Positions 25,901-37,390 of a stretch of DNA of 64,000 bases are shown here, piece after piece. The position numbers and the translations under genes were made by a program. Position 1 is the first letter of the stretch; each line of letters starts with the position of its first letter. The DNA comes from Setoptus koraiensis (Eukaryota; Animalia; Arthropoda): contig CM106585.1 of assembly GCA_048013815.1 (NCBI GenBank), forward strand, positions 8,866,001 to 8,930,000, written 5' to 3'. Under the pieces are notes generated by a model, which saw only the letters and a program-made list of their open reading frames with translations, did not search any database and was not told the DNA's origin.

Positions 25901-28900
25901 TTCCGACAATTCGGTGATGCGCTCATGAGTCATGGCGCTCGTGCAACGCATTTCGGCTGGCCAGTTTCACTGTGTCAGTTTCTGGTGTCTAATTTCTGTC
26001 TCGCTCTGAATAAAAGGTTCGCGTTGAAAAAAAAAAGGCTCTCGTTGAATAAAAAGCTATCGTCGAATAAAAAGCGCCGCTGCATAAGCGAGATGTTGCG
26101 CCGCATTCGCAAACAAATCGAACGCGAATCGTTCTCTCAGTCGCCAAGAACGCCAAAAGAACGCCCGTGTGAGTGGCAAGTGTCAGAGGCTAAATTATGC
26201 AAAAAATCGCCGCTCACAGAGAAGCCGCACTCGTCATTGTCTCGCGGGCCGTCGTCTCACACGACGGGCCGCTTTGCATATCGCGCTGGCACACAAACTG
26301 ATGATACAGCCACAATGTCATACAGCCCAGATACGCGCGGCCATTTCTCCTTTGAACTGGCCAACCGTGCTTCGAACGCCGCGTTTCGAACCAGCTCTGC
26401 GAACGCTTCTCTCGGACGGGCTTCGAACGCCGAATGCAAAGCAGAGAACGGACAATGCACAACAATGCGGCACAGGCGGAGGGCGTGTCGATTGGGGCCG
26501 GCGCTTGGGCAAAGAGCGAGCATCTAGTTTGTTGTGTTTGTTGTGGGCCGCGCGCAGTGCGCCAGAAAGAATGTTCTTTGCGAATGGACGGGCGTTCTTT
26601 TCGTGTCGCGCTCATTAATTGTTGCTGTTCGCACACGTACCGCGCCACGTATGCACGTAAACAATATTTATGGACTGGCTGTTGTTGTTTCGATGAACCA
26701 ATTAGACACTCGGACACACGGCTATTCATTTGCATTGCTGAATGGCTGCCGGCCAGATTGTTGGCAGCCTCGGCTGTGTTTGTTTCGAAGCGTTCGCTCG
26801 GTTCTTTCGAAGCGTTCGCTCAGTGCTGTTCGAAGCGTTCGCTCTGTTCTTTTCGGAGCTCTGCGGCGCAGAGTTTGCGGCAACAATGATAATTATCAAT
26901 TAGAGCGGCATCTGCCATATTTACACACTCAAACACTCCGACACTCGAACGGTCAGATGCTCGCGCTTGCACGCACTCCATCGGCAGCACCGTTGGAGGT
27001 GCTAGCGGGCCGCGGCCATTTGCATCTGCCGCCGCCAGCCCGCGGTCCCAATCGAGTTGCGGGCTACCCGGCCACTCAAGCTGGCTCAATTAGCGCACGT
27101 AAACAGCTCGCCACGCCCACAGGTGAGCAGCCCGACGGGTGTTGCGCCGTGGCGGCGGCGGCGGCGGCACTTGGAGCGGCTCGGCCGGTGAGCGGATAAT
27201 AGCCGACGAGAGAGTGGCAAAAGTAACACCAAAGACGTTTTGTTTGCCGCCTCCGTGCGCCGTGTTTTGCGGTGTTGGGCACCAAAGAAACCTGTTTGAG
27301 CCGGCGCTGGGATATCTCGAACATATCTGCGAACACCAGCGAGTCGGCGCTGCAAATCGTCGGGCCAACAATCGCTGGCCAGCGCAAATTGTTGGCGGCG
27401 CGGCGCCAGCATGCGTGTACGTGGCGCTGGCGTCATTATTTGCTGCCGTTCGTGTTGGCGCAGCCTCGAGCGTTCGCTCGAATTGGCCGAATTGGCCGAA
27501 TCGGCCGAACAGCCCGGACGGTGCGAGCGCTCCGGCGGCCAGATGACATAATGCGCCGAGTGTCGCGTGCTGACGCGCCCGCCGCCACAACAAGTGGCGG
27601 CCCTCCGAAACTCGGGCAGGCGGGCGAGTGCCGAGAACGCCAGTGCGAGATTTCCGAGTTCGAGCCGGCGATAATGGTCGAGCGAGGTGAGGCGAATTTG
27701 CGAAAATTAGCACCAGTCGATTAGCCGCCAAGTGGCGGCGGACGGCGGCCGCTCCGAGGTGGTCCGCGTCGCGAATCGTGTGTGTTTTATCCAGCCATAC
27801 CTGTTCGTCGCCACTGGCCATGATAACCTGGCCATTGTGTGTGTGAGTGTGATATTTTCTCGGAAAGAGCCTTGCATCGCGCCGAGACAAGATGATTACC
27901 GTGATTGCATTCAATTTGCAATTCGCGATTTGCGATTCTCGGCTCGCAATTTGCAGTTGGCAATTTGCGCAACGCGACGCAGCGCAACAACCGCCATCCA
28001 ATGCCAGATATAGTTGCAGCGGGCACATATAATTGCAATGTTGCAGCAGCGGCGGCACGACTGCCAGTTTTGTCGGCCGCGCCGAGTTCGGTAGCGCTCC
28101 CACAAAAGAACAGGCCGAGAACTGCGAATTTCCAAGTTGGAAATTCGAATTTCGAGTTCGCGGCTCGAACACACGCTGACGCCCACATAGCGCACGCAGG
28201 AGATGTTTCAATTATTTGTGCTGTTGTCAGTGCGCCGAGGCGCATATCTCCGCACTCATACAACAAACAATCGAGGCACAGCCAGAGAGAATTCGCAGCC
28301 AGTTGTTATTTTTTCAATTTCCAATTCGCTTATAATGTACACTATTCATTATTGGAGAGTTGCTGTTATTATTATAATGCAGTTTTGATAATGCGCCGAC
28401 GATAATAGCCCCACACGAGAGATCAACTCATTTAAAATGTTCTTTTCGGGCTACTTCTCTCTCTCTCTCGCTTTGACCGTCTCGCTGTCGGATTGGCCGT
28501 ATTGGCGGCGGTTACTTACCTGTTAGGAGGGCCGGCAGTTCGTTCGGGTGGCGTCCGGTGGTTCGTTCGTGCAACGAGGCGAGGTTGAGCCGAGTGTTTG
28601 GTGGCGGCCGACGGTGGTGGGAATAGCGATAGAAGATAATGAGCGACACAAGAAGATTAGCCACAGAAATTTCTTGATCAGCGAATTAGCGCGACGGAGA
28701 TGCGAGCCAGAATTAGATGCGGAATACGAGATGCGAGATGCGAAATAAGCAGCGCGAAATACGCATCACGAAAAACGAAGTACGAAATAGCAAGTACGAA
28801 ACACGGAGCAAGAAATTAACCGAGACGAAACAGTATTTTTGAAGCGGGCAATACCAAATATAGGGCGACCGCAGCGCCAGATATTCCTCTGTGCAGTGGC

Positions 28901-29864
28901 CAGACAGAGCGAGAGAGAGAGAGAGAGAGAGAGAGTTGGCCAACAGGAGATGCCAAAAGATGCAAATGAGCGGCCAGCGAGGTGGCAAAAATGAAAATGG
29001 TCGGGGTCATTGTTTTTTTCAAGGCTCTCTTAGGCAAGAACAAGTGGTGGCCAGCCGCTGGCAGCACTTGCGCCGACCGCCGCATGACTGGCAAGCGAGC
29101 AATAATAAGCGGGCCAAATAATGAAAAAAAGATACTCTTCTCTGTTCGCTTGCGAGCGGTTTGATATTTCTGGCCGATTGGATGGAAATTTGGCCGATTG
29201 GACTCGTCCGAAGCTGCGGCCACTCACAGTTGGCTGGCTGGCTGGCTGGCTTGCCCGAAATAGAAGAGAATCCTTTCTAACAGGCACAACAATGGACTCA
29301 ATCAATCATCGATTTGTTACGTAACAACACACAGTGCCATTGAGCCACCAATAATCCATCATGATCCATCTCTATTGTTGCAGGCATTGTTGTTGTTGTT
29401 GGGGCTGTTGTTGGGGCTGTTGTTGGCGCTGTTGCTGCTGTTGACGATGCAGATGCCGATGCTGATGCAATCACTTTGAGCGTGAAACAACAACAACAGC
29501 GACAACAACAACAGCGACAACAACAACAACGGCAACGGCAACAGCCAAAAGACAATGGACAAAAACAATGAGAACTCTTCGGACACAAAACGCTCGGCCA
29601 ACGGCCCGCCAGACATTGAGCCACAGACGGTGAGCCAAGGATGGTTAAAGATAGGTAGACAACGGTCCACATCGAATGGATGCCAGCCGGCTGGCCAATC
29701 GGCGCTGTCGATCGGTCCTGATGAACTTATGATGATATTGCGCAACACACAGATATTACGCAAACTAGCGTTACGCAAGTTTGCCAAGTGGCCAGTTTTT
29801 AGCGAGCTGCCGCTTGTGTGTCTCGCGCGTCAAGGTGAGCTGCCATTCTTTCCAACAGTCTGGC

Positions 29865-29902
<38 letters not shown>

Positions 29903-31204
29903 CACACACACGAGCCACTGAGAGAGAAAACAAAAGAGAGAGAGAGCCAATTATTGGACAAATGATTAATTGACCCATGTTGACTTTTCACACACACACA
30001 CACTCACGCAGCATTATGCAAGTAGGCAAACAAGGAATAAGTTGGGTAAACACTGTTTGTCTCAGGTAAGAGTCTCACAGTACGAGAGAGAAAGAGAGCG
30101 AAGATCCCATTTGGCGCTTCTTCGCCAAACACTCTCGGCACTAACACTTCTCCGCCGGCAAACACTTCTCGGCCGGCCCGAGCCATTAGTCACGCCCACG
30201 CGATTACGCAACTACACCGTACACATTATAACATTTGTTTTGCCAGTCAATTTGTCGCTTTCTCACATGTCGCTTCTGGCGACTCGCTTCTCGCTTTCGC
30301 GACTTGCTTTCGGGTCTCGCTTTCGCGTCTCGCGTCTCGCGTCTCGCTTCTCGCTTTTGCGTCTCGCGGGCCCGTTTCCGGTTCGGCTCTGTCGCTGGCC
30401 GATGCGGTGTGACGGCGATAGTCGCCAGCCAGCCAGCCAGCCAAACAACAAAGAAAAGGAACAGTTCGGACTGGAACCTCGGGGCCATTAATTGGCAATC
30501 GGCAAACATCGTCGACAGCGAGCATGGCGAAAATGATCAAGTTTCACACTGTGCGCTGTTTTGTTTGCCAACAAATTAACAGACTTGTCCGTGTCGTTAG
30601 TGTCGACGCCGGTGTGTTGCCGGTGTTGTAATGTCGGTGTAAAACATGGCTCTCTCTCTCGCTCGTTGTCCGCTCTCGTTGTCTGCCAGCGACCGAAGAA
30701 TAAAACATACGGAAAATAAAAAATCGATCACGGACTTAAGAGGATTAGCGAACGCATGAGGTAAACAGAATGGCGATGTCGCCCTCTGACTTTCGCACAA
30801 CGTTAACTTTAAACTCTAAAGTTTAGAGCCAATTCGACAAGTTGGGATCGCGTTCCGCCGCCAGGTCGGCGGTCGATGGACGAACGTTCGAATTGTCGAA
30901 TTGTCGAATCGTCGAACCTTCGAACGGTCGGAACGTCGAATCGGCGAATCGTTCGGAACGAGCCAGCGAGAGAACACACGACAATAACAACAACAATGGC
31001 ACGTTCACATATGGACATTTCTCATTTTAAAACAGCTACCTAGTCAAATAAGCATGATTAATCGCCAGCCAGCTAATGGCTGCCTGTCTAGCCGCCAGTA
31101 AGCCAGTCGGCCGACTGGCCAAAGATGAGATTACATCACACAGGTGAGATAACACACAATTACAAATAATCCCTCTTAGGCTCGCACATTGGTGGCTTTC
31201 GCCC

Positions 31205-31221
31205 GGCCGCCAGGGGGCGCA
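31205..31221 (+). promoter_or_regulatory. CTCF-like motif GGCCGCCAGGGGGCGCA
   Basis: Exact match to the consensus CCRCYAGRKGGCGC; ~580 bp beyond the SSL stop codon. Confidence 0.4.
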
Positions 31222-31577
31222 CAATGATGTGTATATTGCGTGCCTCAATTAACTGCAACCCGCAGTCGATACGAGTCGTCGGCGGCCATTATGTGAGCCA
31301 TAGCAAGCCATTGGCAGTATGCAAGCTCGGCTCGCTCGACACTTGCAACTCGCGATAGTCACAAGTGCAAAAGTTACCAGTGCGATGGCTGAAAGTGCAA
31401 AAATCAATGCAATTACCCGAATTGGTCGTCGATTGGATCGCGATGAACCTGTTGACGACGCGACAAGAGGGCGCGAATCGAGGCGCCGCCGACGCCCGAA
31501 AATGGCGACTCGCTTTCGCTCGTTATCGGCAAAATTATCTGGCACTTTCGCTAGCTATTTTGGTGGAAATCGTTTAG

Positions 31578-31583
31578 TTTAAT
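31578..31583 (-). terminator. Candidate polyadenylation signal (ATTAAA) of the SSL gene
   Basis: ATTAAA on the minus strand ~215 nt after the stop codon. Confidence 0.3.
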
Positions 31584-31698
31584 ACATACAATACATAATC
31601 TGACAAGTGTGAGTTGTCCGCTTGGTGCGTGTGTGCGTGCCCGTCACCGTACCGCGCCGACCGGATAGTTTGCAATCACCGAAACCTGTCGAAATGTG

Positions 31699-31795
31699 CG
31701 CCGAAAATCACCAAAAACACGCCGAAAATCGCCGAAATCACGCCGAAAATCGCCGAAATCACGCCGAAAATCAGCGAAATCACGCCGAGAATCGC
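31699..31795. repeat. 21-bp tandem repeat (CGCCGAAAATCGCCGAAATCA) x4.6 immediately after the SSL stop codon
   Basis: Read directly. Confidence 0.95.
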
Positions 31796-31796
31796 A

Positions 31797-33812
31797 TCAC
31801 AGTTGCAGCCGGCCCAGGTAGTTGTTGTACACGCTGCCCAGGTACAGGTATCGCTTGAAGGCGCCCTCTGCGGGCGCCCGACCGTCGATTGAGCCGTTGT
31901 TGCCGGTCCGAGTTTGTCCGCTGTTGTTGCTGTTGTTGCTGTGACGGTTCAAGTGCAGCGCGTTGCCGGGCAACAGTATCTCGCGGGCCTCGCTCACCAA
32001 TTTGAATTTCGAATTGAAACTGGGCGATTGCAACGAGCGCAATATGTTGCCCTTCGAGTCGTATTGCACCACTATCCCGTGCCAGCACACCGGGTCAATG
32101 GAGAGCCACACGAAGCGTAGGGCGTGCCCGTAGTCGCGCACCCGGGCCGATTTCAGCACCCGGGCCCCGATGAATTCGGTCAGGCGGCCCAGCATGGTGA
32201 CCGTGTTGACATAGAGACGGGTGAAAATTTCGTGCCTCATCACGAACTCTGACACATCCAGCCACGGGTTGGCGCCCACCGCACAAGCGCACGCTACCCA
32301 GTAGGTTTCGCGGTCGCGGTCCGCGCCCCGTTTAATGTTGTCCGGGCGGCCGGGTACGCGCGCCCAGTGCTCGCTGGAGCCGGCGCGCGGTCCGTTAACG
32401 TAATATTTGAGTATGCGTCCGTGGCCTAAATCACTTATGAGCAGGGCCTGTTTGTCGTCCATCAGCTCTAAACCGTTTGGAAAATACAGCTGCCTGTGGT
32501 CGTATGTGGGCGCGGCGCCGCCGTCGCCGCCCATGTAGCCCGTTGTCGGGTAGCCTGTCGGGTAGCGCACCGGTGTCACCGATTCTAGTGCGGTCAAGTG
32601 TTGCGCTTTGGTGTCGTAGCGCAACAGCCGGCCCGTTTCGTCGTGCTCGACGAGCAAAAAGGTGAGTTCGCGCAGGCCCCACTTTACGCTGCAGTCCGTC
32701 ATGTAAATAACGTCGCCCCCGTTGACGCCGGCCCGCCAATCGACCGCGAGATCGTCGGCAAACACTATTTTGGGCTGCTGCGTATGGCTAAGCGATTTGT
32801 GATTCCGATTAGAGTCAATCAGCAGCGTTGCCTGTCTCATGGGCACATTGGGGTCGCCGGCGCGAGGCTTGAGCCCGATCGGGGCCGCGTCCAGATCGAG
32901 CAGAGTGTCTAGCAAGGGGGCGAAGCTGTTGCCGTAGTTGGCCTCGTCGAGGAAGCCCGCGGACGGGTCGCCGCGGTCCGCTTGCGTCAGGTCGACTAAG
33001 AAGAGCCCGTTGAACGGATCCACAACGTACAGGTAGCTCTCGTCTGGCGACAATCGTATGCCTAGCGGTCGCGAGCAGCGCGAAAGTCTTATTTTCTCGG
33101 GCAAATATCTGGCTTGCTGGCCGTACAATCTGACGTCTTTATCACAGTAGTGGAATTGGGGCCGCTCGTCCAATGAATCGCCGCTCACTGACGCAACAAA
33201 TCCGTGCTGCCTTGTTATCAGTGTGGTGTCGGTCAAAAAATGATCGCTCTCATTGGCGCCGTACAGTGTCGATTTGGCATTTAATAGGGCCACTTTTGTG
33301 TACGAGTCCCGGCGCGTATCCACGTACAGTATAAAGCCGCCCTCGACGCCCGTGTAGAAATTTCCGCGCGAATCGAGCGCGCTCGCCTCGGGAGCCCGCA
33401 AGCGATCCTCAAACAAAACCTGGGCCCCGTCCAGCTCGTTGTTGACGGCGAGCGGCCCGACGAAGGCCAGCCGGTCGATGGGATGTGGCGACGCAACGGG
33501 ATCCACGCCCGGCTCGGGCAGATAATATATGAGCGACAGTATGGCGACGTTGCCCAAAAAGAACCAGGTGAGCCTGCGCACCGCTCTGAAGCGCTGCGGC
33601 AATTGTTGTTGGCGGCGCAAATGTTGCTGCTGGCGGCTGAGAATGGCTTGCTGTTGTCGCATCGATGCTGGCCCCACATTTGAACTCGAATCCGAACTGC
33701 CTGCGCTCGATGTGGTGCGATACTGGTCATAGTACGGCTGCTCGTTGCTGTCTGTTTCCGGTGGCGGCGCGCTCGCCAAAACCGGCCGGCCGTCGCTGTG
33801 ATTTCTGGACAT
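31797..33812 (-). CDS. Strictosidine-synthase-like / APMAP / hemomucin family protein, intronless, 671 aa, type II membrane
   Basis: N-terminal TM (LTWFFLGNVAILSLIYYLP), then LFEDRLRAPEASALDSRGNFYTG, CSRPLGIR, FADDLAV, IYMTD, GRLLRYD, LYFPNGLEL, RILKYYVNGP and PGRPDNI, the six-bladed beta-propeller SSL motifs. The ORF-track start is GTG; the first ATG is 33812. Confidence 0.88.
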   Translation of the reverse strand: MSRNHSDGRPVLASAPPPETDSNEQPYYDQYRTTSSAGSSDSSSNVGPASMRQQQAILSRQQQHLRRQQQLPQRFRAVRRLTWFFLGNVAILSLIYYLPEPGVDPVASPHPIDRLAFVGPLAVNNELDGAQVLFEDRLRAPEASALDSRGNFYTGVEGGFILYVDTRRDSYTKVALLNAKSTLYGANESDHFLTDTTLITRQHGFVASVSGDSLDERPQFHYCDKDVRLYGQQARYLPEKIRLSRCSRPLGIRLSPDESYLYVVDPFNGLFLVDLTQADRGDPSAGFLDEANYGNSFAPLLDTLLDLDAAPIGLKPRAGDPNVPMRQATLLIDSNRNHKSLSHTQQPKIVFADDLAVDWRAGVNGGDVIYMTDCSVKWGLRELTFLLVEHDETGRLLRYDTKAQHLTALESVTPVRYPTGYPTTGYMGGDGGAAPTYDHRQLYFPNGLELMDDKQALLISDLGHGRILKYYVNGPRAGSSEHWARVPGRPDNIKRGADRDRETYWVACACAVGANPWLDVSEFVMRHEIFTRLYVNTVTMLGRLTEFIGARVLKSARVRDYGHALRFVWLSIDPVCWHGIVVQYDSKGNILRSLQSPSFNSKFKLVSEAREILLPGNALHLNRHSNNSNNSGQTRTGNNGSIDGRAPAEGAFKRYLYLGSVYNNYLGRLQL

Positions 33813-33986
33813 TCTGTGTGGCTTTTTTTCTGGCAAATGTCGCTGAAAGTTTTGTGTCTGTTTGTTCGTGATCGCTGCACTACTTTTGTGTGTGTGTTTG
33901 TCGAAATTTGTCGTTGTTGTCGAAATTTGTCGTTGTTGGCTCTTATCGTTGTTTCGCACTCGACGGAACTCGCCGTGCCCGAGCTC

Positions 33987-34062
33987 CTCTAATGCGGCTC
34001 TAACGCGGCTCTAACGCGGCTCTAACGCGGCTCTAACGCGGCTCTAATGCGGCTCTAATGCG
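33987..34062. repeat. 11-bp tandem repeat (CTCTAAYGCGG) x7 upstream of the SSL gene
   Basis: Read directly. Confidence 0.97.
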
Positions 34063-35420
34063 AGTGCGCTCGACTGAGCTGAAAATTTGTTTGCGAAAAA
34101 AGAAAGAATTTCTTTCACTTTGTCGAGATTTTCGTGTGCACTTTTCAACGGGCCAGTGTGGCCATACTGTCAATACGGTGTGTGTGTGTGTGTGTGTGTT
34201 GTGCGGCCAACTGTCAAACAAACTGTCTGCGCAAAAATGATAACTGTCGCCGGCCTATCTCGCTGGGCGATCTCTTGCGCAACAATGAAAGAAATTGGCG
34301 TAAGTCGGCCACTGGACGCGGCTTATCTGAGCTGCATCTCGGCGACGAATGGTTCTTTAGCGAAATCTTTCTCTCTTTGCAGCGTTTTCTACCGTTTGTT
34401 TTGCGACGTTTGTTTGCTGTTCGCTTGTTTGCTCGCGTCCCGCGCGCGCGCGCGTTGTTTATACGGTGTGGGCGTGAATTGGAAATTTTCAATTTCAATT
34501 CCAATTCCAATTTCGAATCCGATTTCAACAGTGAGCGAGAGTGGGCTCTGTCGCTGCCGATTGTGTCACACTGGCCACCGTCGGGTCGACGGATGAAGTT
34601 GTTTGCCGACAACAATAACAACAATGCCAACAACAACCGCCAACAGGTGAACGAACGTCGCTGGTGTAAGTCGGCGAATGGGCGCTACAATTGGCGCCTT
34701 TGTTTCTTGTCGTTGTTGTTGCTGTTGTTGCTGTTGTGCGACGGCAAGTGCGGAGAGGCAAACAATGGCGACCGCACTAAATGGCGATAAGTGGCCACGA
34801 TGACTCAAACTCGTATCTTTCTTTTTTGATTTTCGAATTCATTATTCTTCGAAAAACACTAACCACTCTCACTGTTCGTGTCAACTTGAAATTGTTGCTT
34901 GCTGGCCTGTGTTTCGGACAATCGCATGTATACGAAAATGTGCTCGCCACTGTGATTAGTGGACAGTTTGTTGGTGCTGTCGAAAGTGCTGCCGCTGACC
35001 GGCGTTGTTGTGTTCTTTACTTGCCTTAGTGGTTGCTCGTTCGCGTTGCCTGCTTGACAAGACTGTGTTCATTTAAATAACATTTGTTCGTTGTGTTGAT
35101 CTATCTAACCGACAACTGGCATCGAAAGTGTCGGTCCTACGCAATGAAAATGCCACTTTTCACTCATTTTGTGCAACACAGCAAGCGCATTCTCTAATTG
35201 GCCGCAAACCTCCATTCAATTGTGTGTAATGAGCGAGCAGGTTTTCGCTAAACAAGCCAGCGAAGGCAAGACTGACACGAGCATTTCGACGAAGCCAACA
35301 AACAGTTGACAGATTGGCTGGCTGGATGCAGAACTTGGCAGGCACAACAGAGCGCGAGTACGAGTGGGCTCGTTTGCGGCGCACCGAAAGTTTTCGCTCT
35401 TGCCTGAGAGTCTTGGGCCT

Positions 35421-35540
35421 TTCCGAAAACATTCGAGAACATTCGAAAACGTTCGAAAACGTTCGAAAACATTCGCGAGCGTTCGAAAACATTTGCGAAC
35501 GTTCGAACACAGCCGAGAACGTTCGAAAACGGCCGAGAAC
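35421..35540. repeat. 10-bp tandem repeat (RTTCGARAAC) x12
   Basis: Strict 10-bp periodicity. Confidence 0.93.
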
Positions 35541-37346
35541 GCTGGCAGGCGTCGAAAGTCGCTCGCTTTCGTGTCTCGCAACAACGAGTTGACAGACAAC
35601 AGAGCGGGCCCGGCAGAGATAAACGCCCGACAGACAGTGACAGCGGATCGTTGTTGATCGGACTCATTTTTTCGGTCGAATCGCAACGTCGCTTGAGATC
35701 GGTTCGGTTCGGTTCAACCTGTGAGCTCGCTGACAGCCCATCTGCGCAACGGGCCATCGTCGATACAAATAGGCTACAAATAGGCGGTTGGCATCAATAA
35801 GTGGGGGAGATATTTTCAGCCACAAGCCGAGGCGAGAGCCGAAGGTGCTCAAGGTGGACCACTTGCACTTGCCGGCAACTCGATACTGCGCACGGCTGAC
35901 AGTGTATTTCGAAACGAAACAAAATGTCGCGCCGGCTATGCTGTGACCGGCAACGATAATTGGATTATTTGTTGGCCAAAAATGAACAGCAGCAGCAGCA
36001 GCGAGCCAGGCTACGAATTTGTAGCTAATTTGAGCCACAAATAAGCCAGCTATTGAACTTGACCTCTGGCTGTTGTCGTGCGAGCCGTTGTCAGACAGCG
36101 CAACAGCGCCAGAGTTAAGCAATGCCAGAGAACAACGGTGTCAGAAAACAACAACTGCACCGAACAATGCATTAAGGAAATTAAACGACTCGAAACGAAA
36201 TTAAATAGGCTAACACGACCAAGACAATTAGGACAATTAGTGTTAGGTGTGGCCGGCCGGCAGGCGCAAATATCCACTAATCCCTGAGCTTGTGCCTTAC
36301 CGTAATTCGACAGCCGACAGCGGCGAGACAGGCTGACTGAACAATTGTGAGTTTGTGCCCGAGTCGGCCACTTGTTGGCGCACCAGCAAGCCGCACAACT
36401 GTCTTGCACATTTGCAACAATGCCAGCCCGGCCAGCTCACCTGTGCTCACCTGTGCTCGCCTGTGCTGGGTGCCCGGGCACAGGTGAGCGGAGTTGGTTA
36501 GACACTGTGGCAACTGTTTCGAATTGTTCGAATCGTTCGGATAGCTCGAGTCGTTCGAATCGGCCGAACGGGCCAAATCGGAAGCCCGAGCGGCGGCGCG
36601 GCTGTTGTCGCCGTTTGGCTGTCAGATTAGGTTATTTCCACTAATAACAAGTGCGAGCTTTAAAAGTGCCGTGCCAATCAAACGCCACAAGGTAGCCATC
36701 AAGGGCACGGCGCTGGCGACGGCAACTTCGGCCACGGCAACACTCGAGAGTGGCCATTCGAGACGACGGCAGCGCCAGCGACAGAGCGATAAAGATTATT
36801 ATTGTGATTATGATTTGCTGCTCAAATTTATGATGTGCGCCTCGCTCGAAACCGCACACAAATCGCCATCAACATCAACAACAACATCAACGGCAACGGC
36901 AACGGCAACATCAACGGCAACAGCAACAGCTCCAAACAACAACAACACAAACATCAGCAGCAACAGGTGTAATGGTCAAGCGAGCCAAGCGGAGTCAACG
37001 TTGCACTTGCTCACCTGTTGCCGGTCGCTGGTTGCACGGCCGAGCAAGTGTCTCGAGTGACAGAGCGAGCGCAGTCGGCAGTTTGCAGTCAACAGTTCGC
37101 AGTCAACAGTTTGCTGTTTGCAGTGGCCAGTCGGCCGGCAGCGGCCGCCGGTCGGCAGCAGTTTAAATGAGCCGGCCAGCGGACAAGTTCTCACCTTGAG
37201 CGCCGGCCCGGCCATGGAGCGGCCATCGGAGCGGCCATCGGAGCGGCCATTGTGCGCCGGCCGATCCGATGACGCAACAGAGGACGCTGCATGTCAGAGC
37301 GGGCACGATTCGCTGTCGCTGTCGTTGGTGCTGCCGTTGTTATGAA

Positions 37347-37390
<44 letters not shown>

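Noticed and set aside
27090-28211. 373-aa minus-strand ORF and overlapping ORFs in 25.9-28.4 kb
   Set aside because: Non-ATG or weak starts, ORFs open in several frames at once (GC-rich, stop-poor DNA), and no recognisable motif or splice logic.
31699-35540. Regular short repeats as possible CRISPR arrays
   Set aside because: Head-to-tail tandem repeats with no unique spacers, in eukaryotic DNA with no cas genes.
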